Below, in pieces: positions 9,773 through 21,213 of a stretch of 64,000 bases of DNA. The notes beneath the pieces were generated by a model. It was not told the DNA's origin, did not search any database, and saw nothing but the letters and a program-made list of their open reading frames with translations. The stretch covers positions 1 to 64,000 of the forward strand of contig JAZDLX010000200.1 of NCBI GenBank assembly GCA_043801585.1, in the 5' to 3' direction. A program made the position numbers and the translations under genes. Source of the stretch: a bacterium (GTDB taxonomy: Bacteria > Electryoneota > Electryoneia > Electryoneales > Electryoneaceae). Positions within the stretch are counted from its first letter, which is position 1. Each line of letters begins with the position of its first letter.

Positions 9773-11239
9773 TTATATCCTTTTCCATCCCTTAGCATCA
9801 CAATTATAAACACCATTAAGGCGATTATATTTGATAATATATCGTTCATAAAGTATAACAGTCATTGCCAGGATTATCATCCAAATGTACACATGAGCAA
9901 AGTACAACAATGAGACTTCTGTCAAACCTGAGAAGATAATACCAGCTATTGCAGTAAACAAAGCTGCTCCTATTATTCGTAACTCAACATATTCAGCTTT
10001 TCTATATATCTGATATGAACGATATAAGCCAACAAAATATATTGCCAATAGTAGTGCTAATTGAATTACACCACCTTTAAATAAAGCGATGATGAAGCTG
10101 TTATCGATGAATCTATAAGAATATCCAGAGCCGGCCGATCGAATTTCAGAGCCACCACCCATGCCGAAAATGAAATTTCCTTGCATGATCTTCATCGCCC
10201 GATTTGTATCAAAAACTCTCATCATGAGCGAATAATCTTTTAGACTGCGAACTCCTTGCCAGCGATCCAGAATAATGTTAAGATCCACATTCAATAACTG
10301 AGCTCCAATATAGATCAAACCGAATAGAAAAAGAAAATATAAAGCATACAATGAAATGGCAGAAATGATACTCTTAATGCTCACACCATATCTGATAACA
10401 TAAAGCAGATAAAATAGCATAAATAAAAATACTAACTCCACCCAAAGCATTCTTTTTTGTGATATAATAATCAATACTACTTGGAGAAAACCAAAAACAA
10501 ATAATAACAGACGCCAAAGAATATTTTTCTTTATGTGAAATAAGCCAAGAGTCAGCGGTAAGCTAACGATTGCAATATAAGCATGATTAGTTATTGGTCT
10601 ATAGATCAATAAATCTAAAATGTTAGTAAACTTACTAACAACAAGATATGCATATTCAATAGATACAAAACATGATAATAATATAACATAAAAAATCCAA
10701 CTCAATATATTTTTATCTGAAAGTGTATAATACCATATATAAAATCCTAATAACATGAATAACTGGCTAAATTCTGTCAATATATATGCTGGATTATTAC
10801 CAAATGCTAATCCCCGTATGATTTGAAAAATGCCGTAATATACATAAGTAATGATTAGAATATTCATTGTATTTTCTTGAATAAAAGAACTAATATGTCT
10901 TTTCTTATTAAATGAAGCGTTATAATATACTACTAAAAGGCAAAATATTATAATGATGAATATTAAGCTGTCATAAAAATAAAACGGGAACACTCCAAAT
11001 GATTCACCCCAATGGCGTGAAGGAAATATTGCTGCGTACACTAAAAACAGAACTGGTAAAAACCAGTACTGCCACAAAAACTTAATGGCGATGAACATCG
11101 CGCCTAGGAAGAGGATCCCATAAACCACATTATATTTTATTGACACAATCACAACAAGAGGAAGAAGCAACCACAACGTGGCTTCCATATAATTGCGAAA
11201 TCCGAAAGGTTTCTTTGCCTGGTGGACGATTGTGCTCAT
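9773..11239 (-). CDS. Wzy polymerase / O-antigen ligase-like multi-TM protein
   Basis: About 12 hydrophobic segments; 'SQKR', periplasmic 'SLMMR..IFGMGGG' and 'IDNSFI...GG' Wzy_C-like motifs; strongly AT-rich. Confidence 0.75.
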   Translation of the reverse strand: MSTIVHQAKKPFGFRNYMEATLWLLLPLVVIVSIKYNVVYGILFLGAMFIAIKFLWQYWFLPVLFLVYAAIFPSRHWGESFGVFPFYFYDSLIFIIIIFCLLVVYYNASFNKKRHISSFIQENTMNILIITYVYYGIFQIIRGLAFGNNPAYILTEFSQLFMLLGFYIWYYTLSDKNILSWIFYVILLSCFVSIEYAYLVVSKFTNILDLLIYRPITNHAYIAIVSLPLTLGLFHIKKNILWRLLLFVFGFLQVVLIIISQKRMLWVELVFLFMLFYLLYVIRYGVSIKSIISAISLYALYFLFLFGLIYIGAQLLNVDLNIILDRWQGVRSLKDYSLMMRVFDTNRAMKIMQGNFIFGMGGGSEIRSAGSGYSYRFIDNSFIIALFKGGVIQLALLLAIYFVGLYRSYQIYRKAEYVELRIIGAALFTAIAGIIFSGLTEVSLLYFAHVYIWMIILAMTVILYERYIIKYNRLNGVYNCDAKGWKRI

Positions 11240-11248
11240 TTGAAAAAC

Positions 11249-12484
11249 TCAAGAAAATTCATCGAATGAATCTTTGCGGAAAAAGTTTTTGATTTTCAGA
11301 TAATGAAGCACATACCTGACCTGATTATATTTCTCATGATTACCTTTTTCGAGGTGATTTACCCATTCGACGAAAGACACGGCTGTGTAAACAATTATAA
11401 ATCCTAACATGACTCCTGCTATAACGACAAACGCGCGTTTCGGTCTGATACGTTTATCAGGCACCTGCCCCCAGTCAAGAACATAGACATTGCTGTTTTC
11501 ACGAAGTTCTGAAATTCGCGCTTGTTCGAATTGCGGCAGAAGAAACTGGAGAATTATGGATTGCAATTCGAGTTCACGCTCCATGTGGTAATAGCGTACA
11601 CCAATTTCAGGGGCGACATCCAGTGTAAGAATGTAGTTTGTCGCGTCATTATCACTCTTCTTCGTAATTCGTTCGAGTTCGCCGCGATATGCCTTCACTC
11701 GCTCGCGAAGAAGCGAGATATCCGTCGAATTTTGCGGAAGTGTCTGTTCCATTACTTTTAAATTAACTTCGGAGAGAACGAGACTTTTGTATATCTCCGC
11801 GGCGGATTCAACGGATGCTCTCACCTGTTCCTCAACGGAAACGACCCCTGTTGTTTTCTGAAAGGCGATAAATTCGTCCTCGAGCTTATGAATATCGTCA
11901 TACGTTTCATCTACACGTTTGCCAATGTATTCACGCTGGTTCTTTGCTTGTGAACGGATGACTATGACATAGTGATCCTGCATCCACTGCACAATGAAAT
12001 TTACCGTATTTGCTGCATACTCTGGTGTTTTTTCATCGACAGTAATCTTGAGGCTACCTTCCTCGGTGAATTGCCAGCGGATCAGCTTTTCATAAAGTAA
12101 GTAAGCCGCTTGTCGAGATTTTAGTTTGTATCTCTTGGACCAATCGAAATTGTCAATGACGGCATCCCGCAGGTTCCTGCTTTCCAGAATAGCCATCGCC
12201 AGATAAGATTCATTCCCGACAAATCCGGAAAGGCCAATCGCTCCCATCCCGAAACCTGGCAATAAGGAACTCAATCCCATTTGATCCGCAGGGGGTGGTA
12301 GAACCGTAGCATTGCTTCTGAACCACTGCTGTGCCAGGAGTGCGTAGACAACAGAGGCAACGGCAAACAGGCCGAGAAGGACGATAAAGGTCCGTCTCCA
12401 ACGGATAATACGTGCAAGGTGATCCCAGAGTGTGACTCTGTAGTCTTCCGACTCACGCGGCTGCATCTTTAACTCCGAGTACAA
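11249..12484 (-). CDS. Wzz/GumC-type polysaccharide chain-length regulator (no kinase domain)
   Basis: Two terminal TMs with a coiled-coil periplasmic region; 'PDKRIRPKR' before the C-terminal TM. Confidence 0.85.
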   Translation of the reverse strand: MYSELKMQPRESEDYRVTLWDHLARIIRWRRTFIVLLGLFAVASVVYALLAQQWFRSNATVLPPPADQMGLSSLLPGFGMGAIGLSGFVGNESYLAMAILESRNLRDAVIDNFDWSKRYKLKSRQAAYLLYEKLIRWQFTEEGSLKITVDEKTPEYAANTVNFIVQWMQDHYVIVIRSQAKNQREYIGKRVDETYDDIHKLEDEFIAFQKTTGVVSVEEQVRASVESAAEIYKSLVLSEVNLKVMEQTLPQNSTDISLLRERVKAYRGELERITKKSDNDATNYILTLDVAPEIGVRYYHMERELELQSIILQFLLPQFEQARISELRENSNVYVLDWGQVPDKRIRPKRAFVVIAGVMLGFIIVYTAVSFVEWVNHLEKGNHEKYNQVRYVLHYLKIKNFFRKDSFDEFS

Positions 12485-12643
12485 TGAATTACCGTTTCTG
12501 CGAACCTATCTTTCATCCAGCTTGCAAAGGTAAACCTTGCCCCTGCTGGACGCAAGGTATACTTTCGGTGCTATTGTTTGTATTGTACTGTTTAGGTCAT
12601 TGATATTATTGCGTATCAACAAGGTATTTGAACGGATACATCG

Positions 12644-14161
12644 GTGAGCAAGACGAGAAAACAAATCCCACATGTGAGCACGCTCGCCAAGGGAATCGCG
12701 TTCCTTTCAGGAGGCACGATTCTTTCGTTTCTTCTCTCTTTCCTTGCTGCCCCGATCACTTCGCGGTTGTTCCCCCCAGAGGCGTTTGGCTTGGCAGCAC
12801 TCTTCGCCTCCTTTGGCACGATTTTCGGTCCGATAGCCGGGCTAAGGTATGACAAAGCCATCCTTTTGCCAAAGGAGGATAGGGATGCTTCTCAGCTCTT
12901 CGTTCTCTCGTTGCTATGGATGGCGATTATTACCGTGTTGTTGTTTTTCGGTGTGTATCAATGGGGTCCGGCGATCCTCCTAAAACTCGGGGCTTCGGCG
13001 CTGATTCCCGTGCTGTGGTGGATCCCTGTCAGCGTCGCACTGTTCGCTCTGGCGCTACCGATTCAAGCGTGGTTGACGAGGGGTGAAAATTATCGTGTCC
13101 TGGCTGAACAACGCATCTGGAAACAGGGAGGAGCATCTGCCTTTGCCATCACCGGAGGCGCAACAGGTTATCAAAGCGGAATGCACCTTGCAGGGTTTCG
13201 TCTTTTAGGTCAAATCTTTGGACCTCTGCGGATGATTCACTTCATGATCCGCCGCAGCCATATGCTTCCGGGTGGAATTACTGTCACCGGCATTTTCCAG
13301 CAGATGAAGCGCTACTGGAAATTTCCAGCTTTCTCTGTGAGTGATTCATTATTAGAAGCCACTGGACGTGAAGCCCCGGTAATTCTGCTCGCATTCTTTT
13401 TCGACCCAGCGATTGTCGGTTATTTTTCGCGCGCTGCGATGCTTGTGGGGGTACCGTTTGCGGTGTTGGGAATGGCTTTGGAGCAGGTATTCTATCAGCA
13501 GACGAGCTCACTGCACGCGAACGGGCAAAGCATAAAAGAACTGACGGAACGTCTGTATAGAAGTGTCATTCGTTACACGTTCCTGCCATTTGCACTATTG
13601 TGTCTACTCGGCCCAGAACTTTTTCAATTTTTCCTGGGATCGCCCTGGCGTGAAGCAGGAGTATTTGCCGCACTTCTGGCCCCGTTCATTTTTTTCAAAC
13701 TCGTCGTCATTCCTCTTGGTACTCTTTACAATGTCCTGGAACGACAGGGTGTGGGATTGACCTTCAACCTGGCGCTCTTCCTGGTGCAGATTGGCGCATT
13801 GGTTGCGGGAGGAGTAATGGGAAATTCCCGGACAGCCTTGATGATCTATACGTTTGGCAGCATTGTAGTGCTGACGTTGCTGGGTGCCTGGTCGCTTCGA
13901 GCGGCAAATGTACCCCTGTTGCGGTCGTTCTGGCTGCTCCTGAAGACTTCGATAGTAAGTGGATTGTTCCTCGTGCCTGCGGGAATGGCGAAAGTAGTGC
14001 TGAATCTCTCATTCGGTTGGGTTCTGCTCGTTGCAACGATCAGCGTCGTGGTTTACTTCGCACTTCATATCACCCATGACCCAGAAACCATGAACCTTCT
14101 CGATCGAATTCGTTCTCAACTGGGATCCAAATGGAGTGACAGTATGGGCGATCATGATTAG
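12644..14161 (+). CDS. Wzx-type oligosaccharide flippase
   Basis: 'SRLFPPEAFG', 'GLRYDKAILLP', 'WKFP', 'VGYF', 'LGSPWREAG'; about 14 TMs. Confidence 0.88.
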   Translation: MSKTRKQIPHVSTLAKGIAFLSGGTILSFLLSFLAAPITSRLFPPEAFGLAALFASFGTIFGPIAGLRYDKAILLPKEDRDASQLFVLSLLWMAIITVLLFFGVYQWGPAILLKLGASALIPVLWWIPVSVALFALALPIQAWLTRGENYRVLAEQRIWKQGGASAFAITGGATGYQSGMHLAGFRLLGQIFGPLRMIHFMIRRSHMLPGGITVTGIFQQMKRYWKFPAFSVSDSLLEATGREAPVILLAFFFDPAIVGYFSRAAMLVGVPFAVLGMALEQVFYQQTSSLHANGQSIKELTERLYRSVIRYTFLPFALLCLLGPELFQFFLGSPWREAGVFAALLAPFIFFKLVVIPLGTLYNVLERQGVGLTFNLALFLVQIGALVAGGVMGNSRTALMIYTFGSIVVLTLLGAWSLRAANVPLLRSFWLLLKTSIVSGLFLVPAGMAKVVLNLSFGWVLLVATISVVVYFALHITHDPETMNLLDRIRSQLGSKWSDSMGDHD

Positions 14162-15846
14162 CTCTCAACGCTCGTCTTCGGCGTTTCCGTTCCAGACCTT
14201 TTGAACCATCGCGGGAGGATCACCAGTACCGTAGCTCCGAGAATCAGGCCGATCCACGGGGAAATACCCAATCCAGCGGGCAAATAACCGCAGAAAAGGG
14301 CGACACCCGCCGATAGCAGTGCATAGGGTATTTGTGTGTTCACGTGCTGGATATGGTGGCAGCCGCTCGCCATGGATGAAAGAATGGTCGTATCGCTGAT
14401 CGGACTGCAGTGATCGCCGAACGTCGAACCCGCCAACACGGCTCCAACACTACCCAGCAGAACCCCATTGACCACCGCTGCGCTGCTTCCAGCTTCCAAA
14501 GGCAGTTGATGAGCCAGCGGAATCGCTATCGGGATCAGGATGGCCATCGCGCCCCAGGACGTTCCAGTCGAAAACGCTGTGGCGCTGGCAATCACAAAGA
14601 GTGCGGCGGGAAGGAGGGTGGGGCTGAGAATTCCGGACGTCGAATCGATGACAAACCGAGCGGTTCCCAGCCTGCCCGAGATATCCCCCAATGACCATGC
14701 AAGCAGCAGGATCACCATGGCGGGAACCATGGAACGGATCCCGTCGATCAGCCCCTGAGACACTTCTCCCACCTTCACGCGTCCGATTGTAGCGGCGATG
14801 ATCGCCGCCGACAGCATGCCGAGAAACGATGATCCGAGGAGAACCGCGGATGAATCCGCCATGCCGAGGATCTCGAAAAGAGGAGCAGCGTGACCGACGG
14901 CTGATCGTCCTGAGATGTAAAGCCCTGTAAAGGTCGCAACAATCACCAGTACAATCGGAATCAATGCGATCGCCAGCGCATTCAATCCCGACTGTATCCG
15001 CTCTTCAGCATCCGTCGTGACATCGTGCTGTTTGCTGGGATCCTTACCGGCAACCGTTGCGCGTTCCACCGCAAGCATCGGACCGAAGTCACGTTGCCAG
15101 AATGCCACAGACGCGACGAGAATCAGGGTAAAGATGCTGTAGGCGCGGTAGGGAATTGCCTGAAGGAAAAGGGCGTAGGCGTCCCCGATTCCCGCAAGCC
15201 CCGCGGAAGCATCCCGGATTAAACCGACCTCGAAACCAATCCACGTGCTGATCACTGCGATGGAAGCGACAGGCGCCGCCGTGGAGTCAACGATATAGGC
15301 GAGTTTCGCTCGAGAAATGCGAAGGCGATCCGTATAAGGGCGCAGTGTATTGCCGACGAGCAGGGTGTTTGCGTAATCATCAAAAAAGATGATCAGCCCC
15401 ATGATCCAGGCGATAAAGAGCCCGCCACGCCGCGAGTTCGACAGCGCACCGAGAGCGCGTACAATCCCCGCCATGGCGCCCGACCGGGCGAGGATGCCGA
15501 CCATCCCGCCGAGCATCAGACTGAAGAGCACGACGGCGGAGTGCGAGGGATCGGAAAGAGCGTTCTGCAGGTAATCCGTCGCGATTCGAACGAAAGCTTT
15601 CCCCGGCTCGCTGGGTGTCAGCAGCAGACTGCCGAAAAACACGCCGAGGAGTAGCGAACCGATTACTTCTTTCAGGATCAGCGCCAATCCAATGGCGACG
15701 AGGGGCGGCAGGATGGAGGTCCAGTGAGCGTGGGGGAGCGGAGCCACGCCTTCCGCGTAGGCGATGGCCACCATTCCGAGGAACACGAATGCAGCGATTC
15801 CGATACGAGCGAAGCTGCGCGGTTTGGATGGGTTTCGGATGATCAT
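14158..15846 (-). CDS. NhaC-family Na+/H+ antiporter
   Basis: 'IFFDDYAN', 'KLAYIVDSTAAPV', 'FSTGTSWG', 'GDHCSPISDTTILSS'. Confidence 0.93.
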   Translation of the reverse strand: MIIRNPSKPRSFARIGIAAFVFLGMVAIAYAEGVAPLPHAHWTSILPPLVAIGLALILKEVIGSLLLGVFFGSLLLTPSEPGKAFVRIATDYLQNALSDPSHSAVVLFSLMLGGMVGILARSGAMAGIVRALGALSNSRRGGLFIAWIMGLIIFFDDYANTLLVGNTLRPYTDRLRISRAKLAYIVDSTAAPVASIAVISTWIGFEVGLIRDASAGLAGIGDAYALFLQAIPYRAYSIFTLILVASVAFWQRDFGPMLAVERATVAGKDPSKQHDVTTDAEERIQSGLNALAIALIPIVLVIVATFTGLYISGRSAVGHAAPLFEILGMADSSAVLLGSSFLGMLSAAIIAATIGRVKVGEVSQGLIDGIRSMVPAMVILLLAWSLGDISGRLGTARFVIDSTSGILSPTLLPAALFVIASATAFSTGTSWGAMAILIPIAIPLAHQLPLEAGSSAAVVNGVLLGSVGAVLAGSTFGDHCSPISDTTILSSMASGCHHIQHVNTQIPYALLSAGVALFCGYLPAGLGISPWIGLILGATVLVILPRWFKRSGTETPKTSVES

Positions 15847-15967
15847 AAATCGCAGGGAAACTTAGGCGTTGAGTTCCGAAGAGGCAAGCGTTACCGGACA
15901 AGTATCGTTGCAGGGTTGGGAGGCACTGTGTATATTCACGTTCAACTTTGGTCAACCCGGCGGAACC

Positions 15968-18541
15968 ATGGCCCGAAATGCGAGTTCCCCCGTCCTTGCA
16001 CTGTTTCTTGCGCTATCTCTGGCGGTGCCTGCGGCCGCCTCGCGCGACTTTGCGTATCGGGCTGGGGATCCTTCCCAACCATATATCCCTCAAACGGGTC
16101 CGTCTGCCCCTACGTCTGCCACCTGGTACAAGCCACTTTCGGGCACATGGCATCTGCAGAAAGGTAAAGATCAGGCCTTCCAGGTTGACGTTCCGGGGTG
16201 TTGGCCGAGCGGTGAGGGAGCGATCACTCTGTCAACCACCTTCCGCATCCCCGAAGAATATCAGGACAGGCATCTCCATCTCGTTTTCTGGGGAGCGAGA
16301 CGCCACCTTTCCATCAAGGTGAACGGAAGGCTTGTCGAAGCGTGGGATGCTGACTGGCCCACGTTTGACGTTGAACTGCCGCGTTGGCTTTTGAGGTTTG
16401 ACCGGCCAAACGATCTCGAAGTCGAAGTGCACGATGAATTGAGCGCCCGGCAATCGATTCCGTTGAAACCGAAACTCTACGATTCGGTTCCCTATTCCGG
16501 TCTGTTCTCGGATGTCGCGTTCGTCGCCGGTCCGACCATTGGGGTGGAGGATCTTGACTGGGATGTCCGTTTAAGGGACAACTACTCCGTCGCCGACTGG
16601 ACCATCTCGTTCTCGCTGCGCAATCATCGTAACGCAAACATCGACTCGGTTGTCGTTCAGCAGCTCTCTGTACGCGGGGAGTGGGTTTCTCCCGATGGCC
16701 AGTCCAAAGGCCACAGTGAACCAATCAGCATCACCATTGACGCTGTAGAACGCATCCAGGGGGAAGTGCACGGTTCCATCGAACATCCGAGACTGTGGAC
16801 GATTGAAGACCCGAACCTCTATTCGTTCCGACTCGTGTTTCAGCAAAAAGACAGTCTCTGGTCGATTCCGCTCCGGTTCGGTTTAAACGAATTTCGCTGG
16901 GAACCCGAAGGAGTGCTGCTCAACGGGAAACGAATCCAGATTCGCGGAGTTGACCTGCGGCAGGAAACGTTTCAACACGGCATCGCGCTGACAACGGATG
17001 AAGTTCGCGCGGATCTTGAGAGGATCCGCAACCTTGGGTTCAATCTTGTCCGTGTGGTTGGCGATCCTCCGCATCCATCGACCACCAGGATTTGCGATGA
17101 ACTGGGGCTTTTGCTGGTTCCCCAACTGGGATTGAGGGGAGTTCCTGAGACGATCTTCCATTTCGCTCCCTTCCACGACCGTCTCTCGAAAATGCTCACT
17201 GCCATGGTCCGCCGTGAGGGGATGCACCCGTGCGTTGCTGCCTGGGGATTGATCAGTTGGGCTCCGCCGACAGACGCCGTGGTGGCGGACATCGGCCAAC
17301 TCGCCGAAGGTATATCCAAGCTGGATAAGCGTCCGTTGATGGTTGGTTTTGCAATCAACGGATCACGTGACCTTCCCGATCATGTCGTCGGTGTCGCGGA
17401 ACGTTCACCCTATCTGATTTTCGAACCTCTTCCACCGATGCGCAGCCGGGCTGAACCGTGGCTGATTGGTGGACTTGGCTCCTTCGCAACTCGCCAAAAC
17501 CTTGCCGAGGACAGCATTCGCGGACAGGTCCGCCAATCGGATGCCCTGCTTCACCAGTTGAAAGCGGCACGGGCGATGCCTTCGGCAGGATTCATCATCG
17601 ATGGCTACGCGGACCGCTTCAGTGCTCTGCCGATGCTGGTAGCCGGCGGGGAGCGGCTCAACAACGAAATCGCGCGTGGTTTAATGACCAGCGATCGCGA
17701 GAAACGGATTGCCTGGCAGAAGGTTGGGGACGCGATGGGGCAGCTCCGCATCGAGGCCCCGACGCTTGAAATGCCCCAACCTGAATTCCCGATTATTTTC
17801 CCGCTTGCGACGATGGCGGTGGGCGGATTCCTGCTGCTCATGATGCGCCAGAACAACGTCTTCCGGCACAATCTGCAACGGATGTTTGCGCATACCCATG
17901 GCTTCTTTGTCGACATCCGAGACAAGAGATACTTTCAGTCGGGACAGACGTTTCTTGTCGCGCTGCTCTATTCCGCGGGGAGTGCGATTTTCGAGGCCGG
18001 GTGGTTGCATCACAGCCGCTCCGATTTTGGACTCGACTATCTGCTGACCCTCGTCGTTCCATTCTTCCAGGTCAAAGCCCGGCTTGTGGAATGGGCATGG
18101 CAGCCGCTGCAGGGAATCCTTGCATTTACCCTGATCAACTACCTTGGACTCGTCCTGCTGGCCTTTCTCCTGAGAGTCATGTCAATCCCCTTCCGCGGAT
18201 CCCTTTCGATGAAACAGACATTCAGCCTGGTGGCCTGGGCGAGCACCAATTTTCTGCTCCTGATTCCGCTCGGATTGATCCATTACCGTTTTCTCGATTT
18301 CAACTGGTTCTTGCCTGCTCTGCTGTTTGTGTGCGCAATCTTCTTTTTCTGGTTCCTCGCGCGTATTGTTTCGATGATACGGATCGGCTACCGTGTGACG
18401 ATACAAACTGCCTGGATGATCTTCCTGTTCATGATTGTGATGCTCGCTGGCACGGCGCTGCTCCTCTATCGCAGTGGTTATGCGATGCCGGAGTACCTCG
18501 ATTTCTACGCACATGTGATATCCCCCTGGGTGAGGGGGTGA
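15968..18541 (+). CDS. Exported GH2-like protein (sugar-binding, Ig and TIM barrel domains) with C-terminal multi-TM domain; probably non-catalytic
   Basis: Signal peptide; 'LSGTW', 'VPGCW', 'PRLWTIEDPNLY', 'LLNGKRIQIRGV', 'GFNLVR', 'CDELGLL'; about 7 C-terminal TMs. Confidence 0.8.
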   Translation: MARNASSPVLALFLALSLAVPAAASRDFAYRAGDPSQPYIPQTGPSAPTSATWYKPLSGTWHLQKGKDQAFQVDVPGCWPSGEGAITLSTTFRIPEEYQDRHLHLVFWGARRHLSIKVNGRLVEAWDADWPTFDVELPRWLLRFDRPNDLEVEVHDELSARQSIPLKPKLYDSVPYSGLFSDVAFVAGPTIGVEDLDWDVRLRDNYSVADWTISFSLRNHRNANIDSVVVQQLSVRGEWVSPDGQSKGHSEPISITIDAVERIQGEVHGSIEHPRLWTIEDPNLYSFRLVFQQKDSLWSIPLRFGLNEFRWEPEGVLLNGKRIQIRGVDLRQETFQHGIALTTDEVRADLERIRNLGFNLVRVVGDPPHPSTTRICDELGLLLVPQLGLRGVPETIFHFAPFHDRLSKMLTAMVRREGMHPCVAAWGLISWAPPTDAVVADIGQLAEGISKLDKRPLMVGFAINGSRDLPDHVVGVAERSPYLIFEPLPPMRSRAEPWLIGGLGSFATRQNLAEDSIRGQVRQSDALLHQLKAARAMPSAGFIIDGYADRFSALPMLVAGGERLNNEIARGLMTSDREKRIAWQKVGDAMGQLRIEAPTLEMPQPEFPIIFPLATMAVGGFLLLMMRQNNVFRHNLQRMFAHTHGFFVDIRDKRYFQSGQTFLVALLYSAGSAIFEAGWLHHSRSDFGLDYLLTLVVPFFQVKARLVEWAWQPLQGILAFTLINYLGLVLLAFLLRVMSIPFRGSLSMKQTFSLVAWASTNFLLLIPLGLIHYRFLDFNWFLPALLFVCAIFFFWFLARIVSMIRIGYRVTIQTAWMIFLFMIVMLAGTALLLYRSGYAMPEYLDFYAHVISPWVRG

Positions 18542-20020
<1,479 letters not shown>

Positions 20021-20048
20021 AGAAGTCCCTTCACCAAGAGAGAGAAAT

Positions 20049-20073
20049 ACGGGGAACGCTGGGCGTTCCCCGT
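20049..20073. terminator. Hairpin between convergent guaB and rpsT
   Basis: ACGGGGAACGC-TGG-GCGTTCCCCGT perfect 11-bp stem. Confidence 0.7.
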
Positions 20074-20112
20074 TGTGTACCTTAAAGGATGTTGATCGGG
20101 CTTGAGAAGCGT

Positions 20113-20370
20113 TCAGCCCTGGCGGCTGCGCACGATATCAGCAAGACGGGATTTCTTGTCGGCTGCGCGGTTCTTATGGATAATTCCCTTGCCCGCGGCA
20201 CGATCCAGTACTTTGACCGCAGTCGCATAGGCCTCGGTGGCCTTCTCGGAATTATCAGATTCGCGGACGGCACGGACAGCCTGCTTGATCTTCGCCCGGT
20301 ACGCGCGATTTCGGCTGCGTTCACGGGCCGACGTCCGCATGCGCTTCTCGTTTGACTTATGCTGAGGCAT
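20113..20370 (-). CDS. rpsT: 30S ribosomal protein S20
   Basis: 'MPQHKSNEKRMRTS...NR', 'LDRAAGKGIIHKNRAADKKSRL'; 85 aa from the ATG at 20370. Confidence 0.97.
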   Translation of the reverse strand: MPQHKSNEKRMRTSARERSRNRAYRAKIKQAVRAVRESDNSEKATEAYATAVKVLDRAAGKGIIHKNRAADKKSRLADIVRSRQG

Positions 20371-20427
20371 GTTTTCAATCCACCTAACGACAATCGTTTC
20401 GTTTGTGACGCGCCAATATAGGCCAAG

Positions 20428-21213
20428 ATGAACAGTCAAGCAAGCAACAAAATCATGACTCTCGTGGAGCAGATGCTTGATTCCAAAAGCATTTGTGTGC
20501 TGACGGGAGCGGGAGTATCGAAAGAAAGCGGAGTGCCCACGTTTCGCGACGAGGACGGCCTCTGGAACAAGTTCCGTCCAGAAGAGCTGGCGAACGTTCA
20601 GGCGTTTCTCTCGAATCCGAAACTCGTCTGGGAATGGTACGACTGGCGGCGGAAACTGATGGCTGAAGTTTCTCCAAATCCAGGACATAAAGCTTTGGCA
20701 GAATTGGAATTACTATTTACTCACTTCGTTTTAATCACGCAGAACGTCGATAACCTTCACCGCGAAGCGGGGAGCAGGGACATCATTGAACTTCATGGTA
20801 ATATCCGTAGAAACAAATGTTTCGACTGTCATGTCGTATTCGAAACGGATTCCTCAGAATCAAACGATGAATTCACTTCGGGCGAATTGCCGAAATGCCT
20901 TGTCTGCGGCGGCAGACTCCGTCCGGATGTCGTCTGGTTCGGGGAGAACCTGCCCGAAGAGGCGCTGAATCGTGCGTGGAGTGAGTCAGAGAGGTGCGAC
21001 ATCTTCTTTTCCATCGGCACCTCGGCTGTCGTCTATCCTGCTGCGGCCCTGCCACAGGTGGCAAAATCGTCAGGTGCGTTCCTCGTCGAAATCAATCCAA
21101 AGCCAACCGAATTGAGCTCTCTTGCGGACATCGTCTTCCAGGGAGCATCCGGAGAAATTCTGCCGAAAATCGTCGCTGCCCTGAAAGACAATCGGAGGGA
21201 GGAACAGCCATGA
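20428..21213 (+). CDS. cobB: NAD-dependent protein deacylase (class III sirtuin)
   Basis: 'LTGAGVSKESGVPTFR', YxxR ('WYDWRR'), 'TQNVD', 'ELHG', two CxxC, 'RPDVVWFGE', 'GTSAVVYPA'. Confidence 0.96.
   Translation: MNSQASNKIMTLVEQMLDSKSICVLTGAGVSKESGVPTFRDEDGLWNKFRPEELANVQAFLSNPKLVWEWYDWRRKLMAEVSPNPGHKALAELELLFTHFVLITQNVDNLHREAGSRDIIELHGNIRRNKCFDCHVVFETDSSESNDEFTSGELPKCLVCGGRLRPDVVWFGENLPEEALNRAWSESERCDIFFSIGTSAVVYPAAALPQVAKSSGAFLVEINPKPTELSSLADIVFQGASGEILPKIVAALKDNRREEQP

Noticed and set aside
20371..20688. N-terminal extension of S20 in the ORF track
   Set aside because: It overlaps cobB on the other strand; the S20 motif begins at the ATG at 20370.
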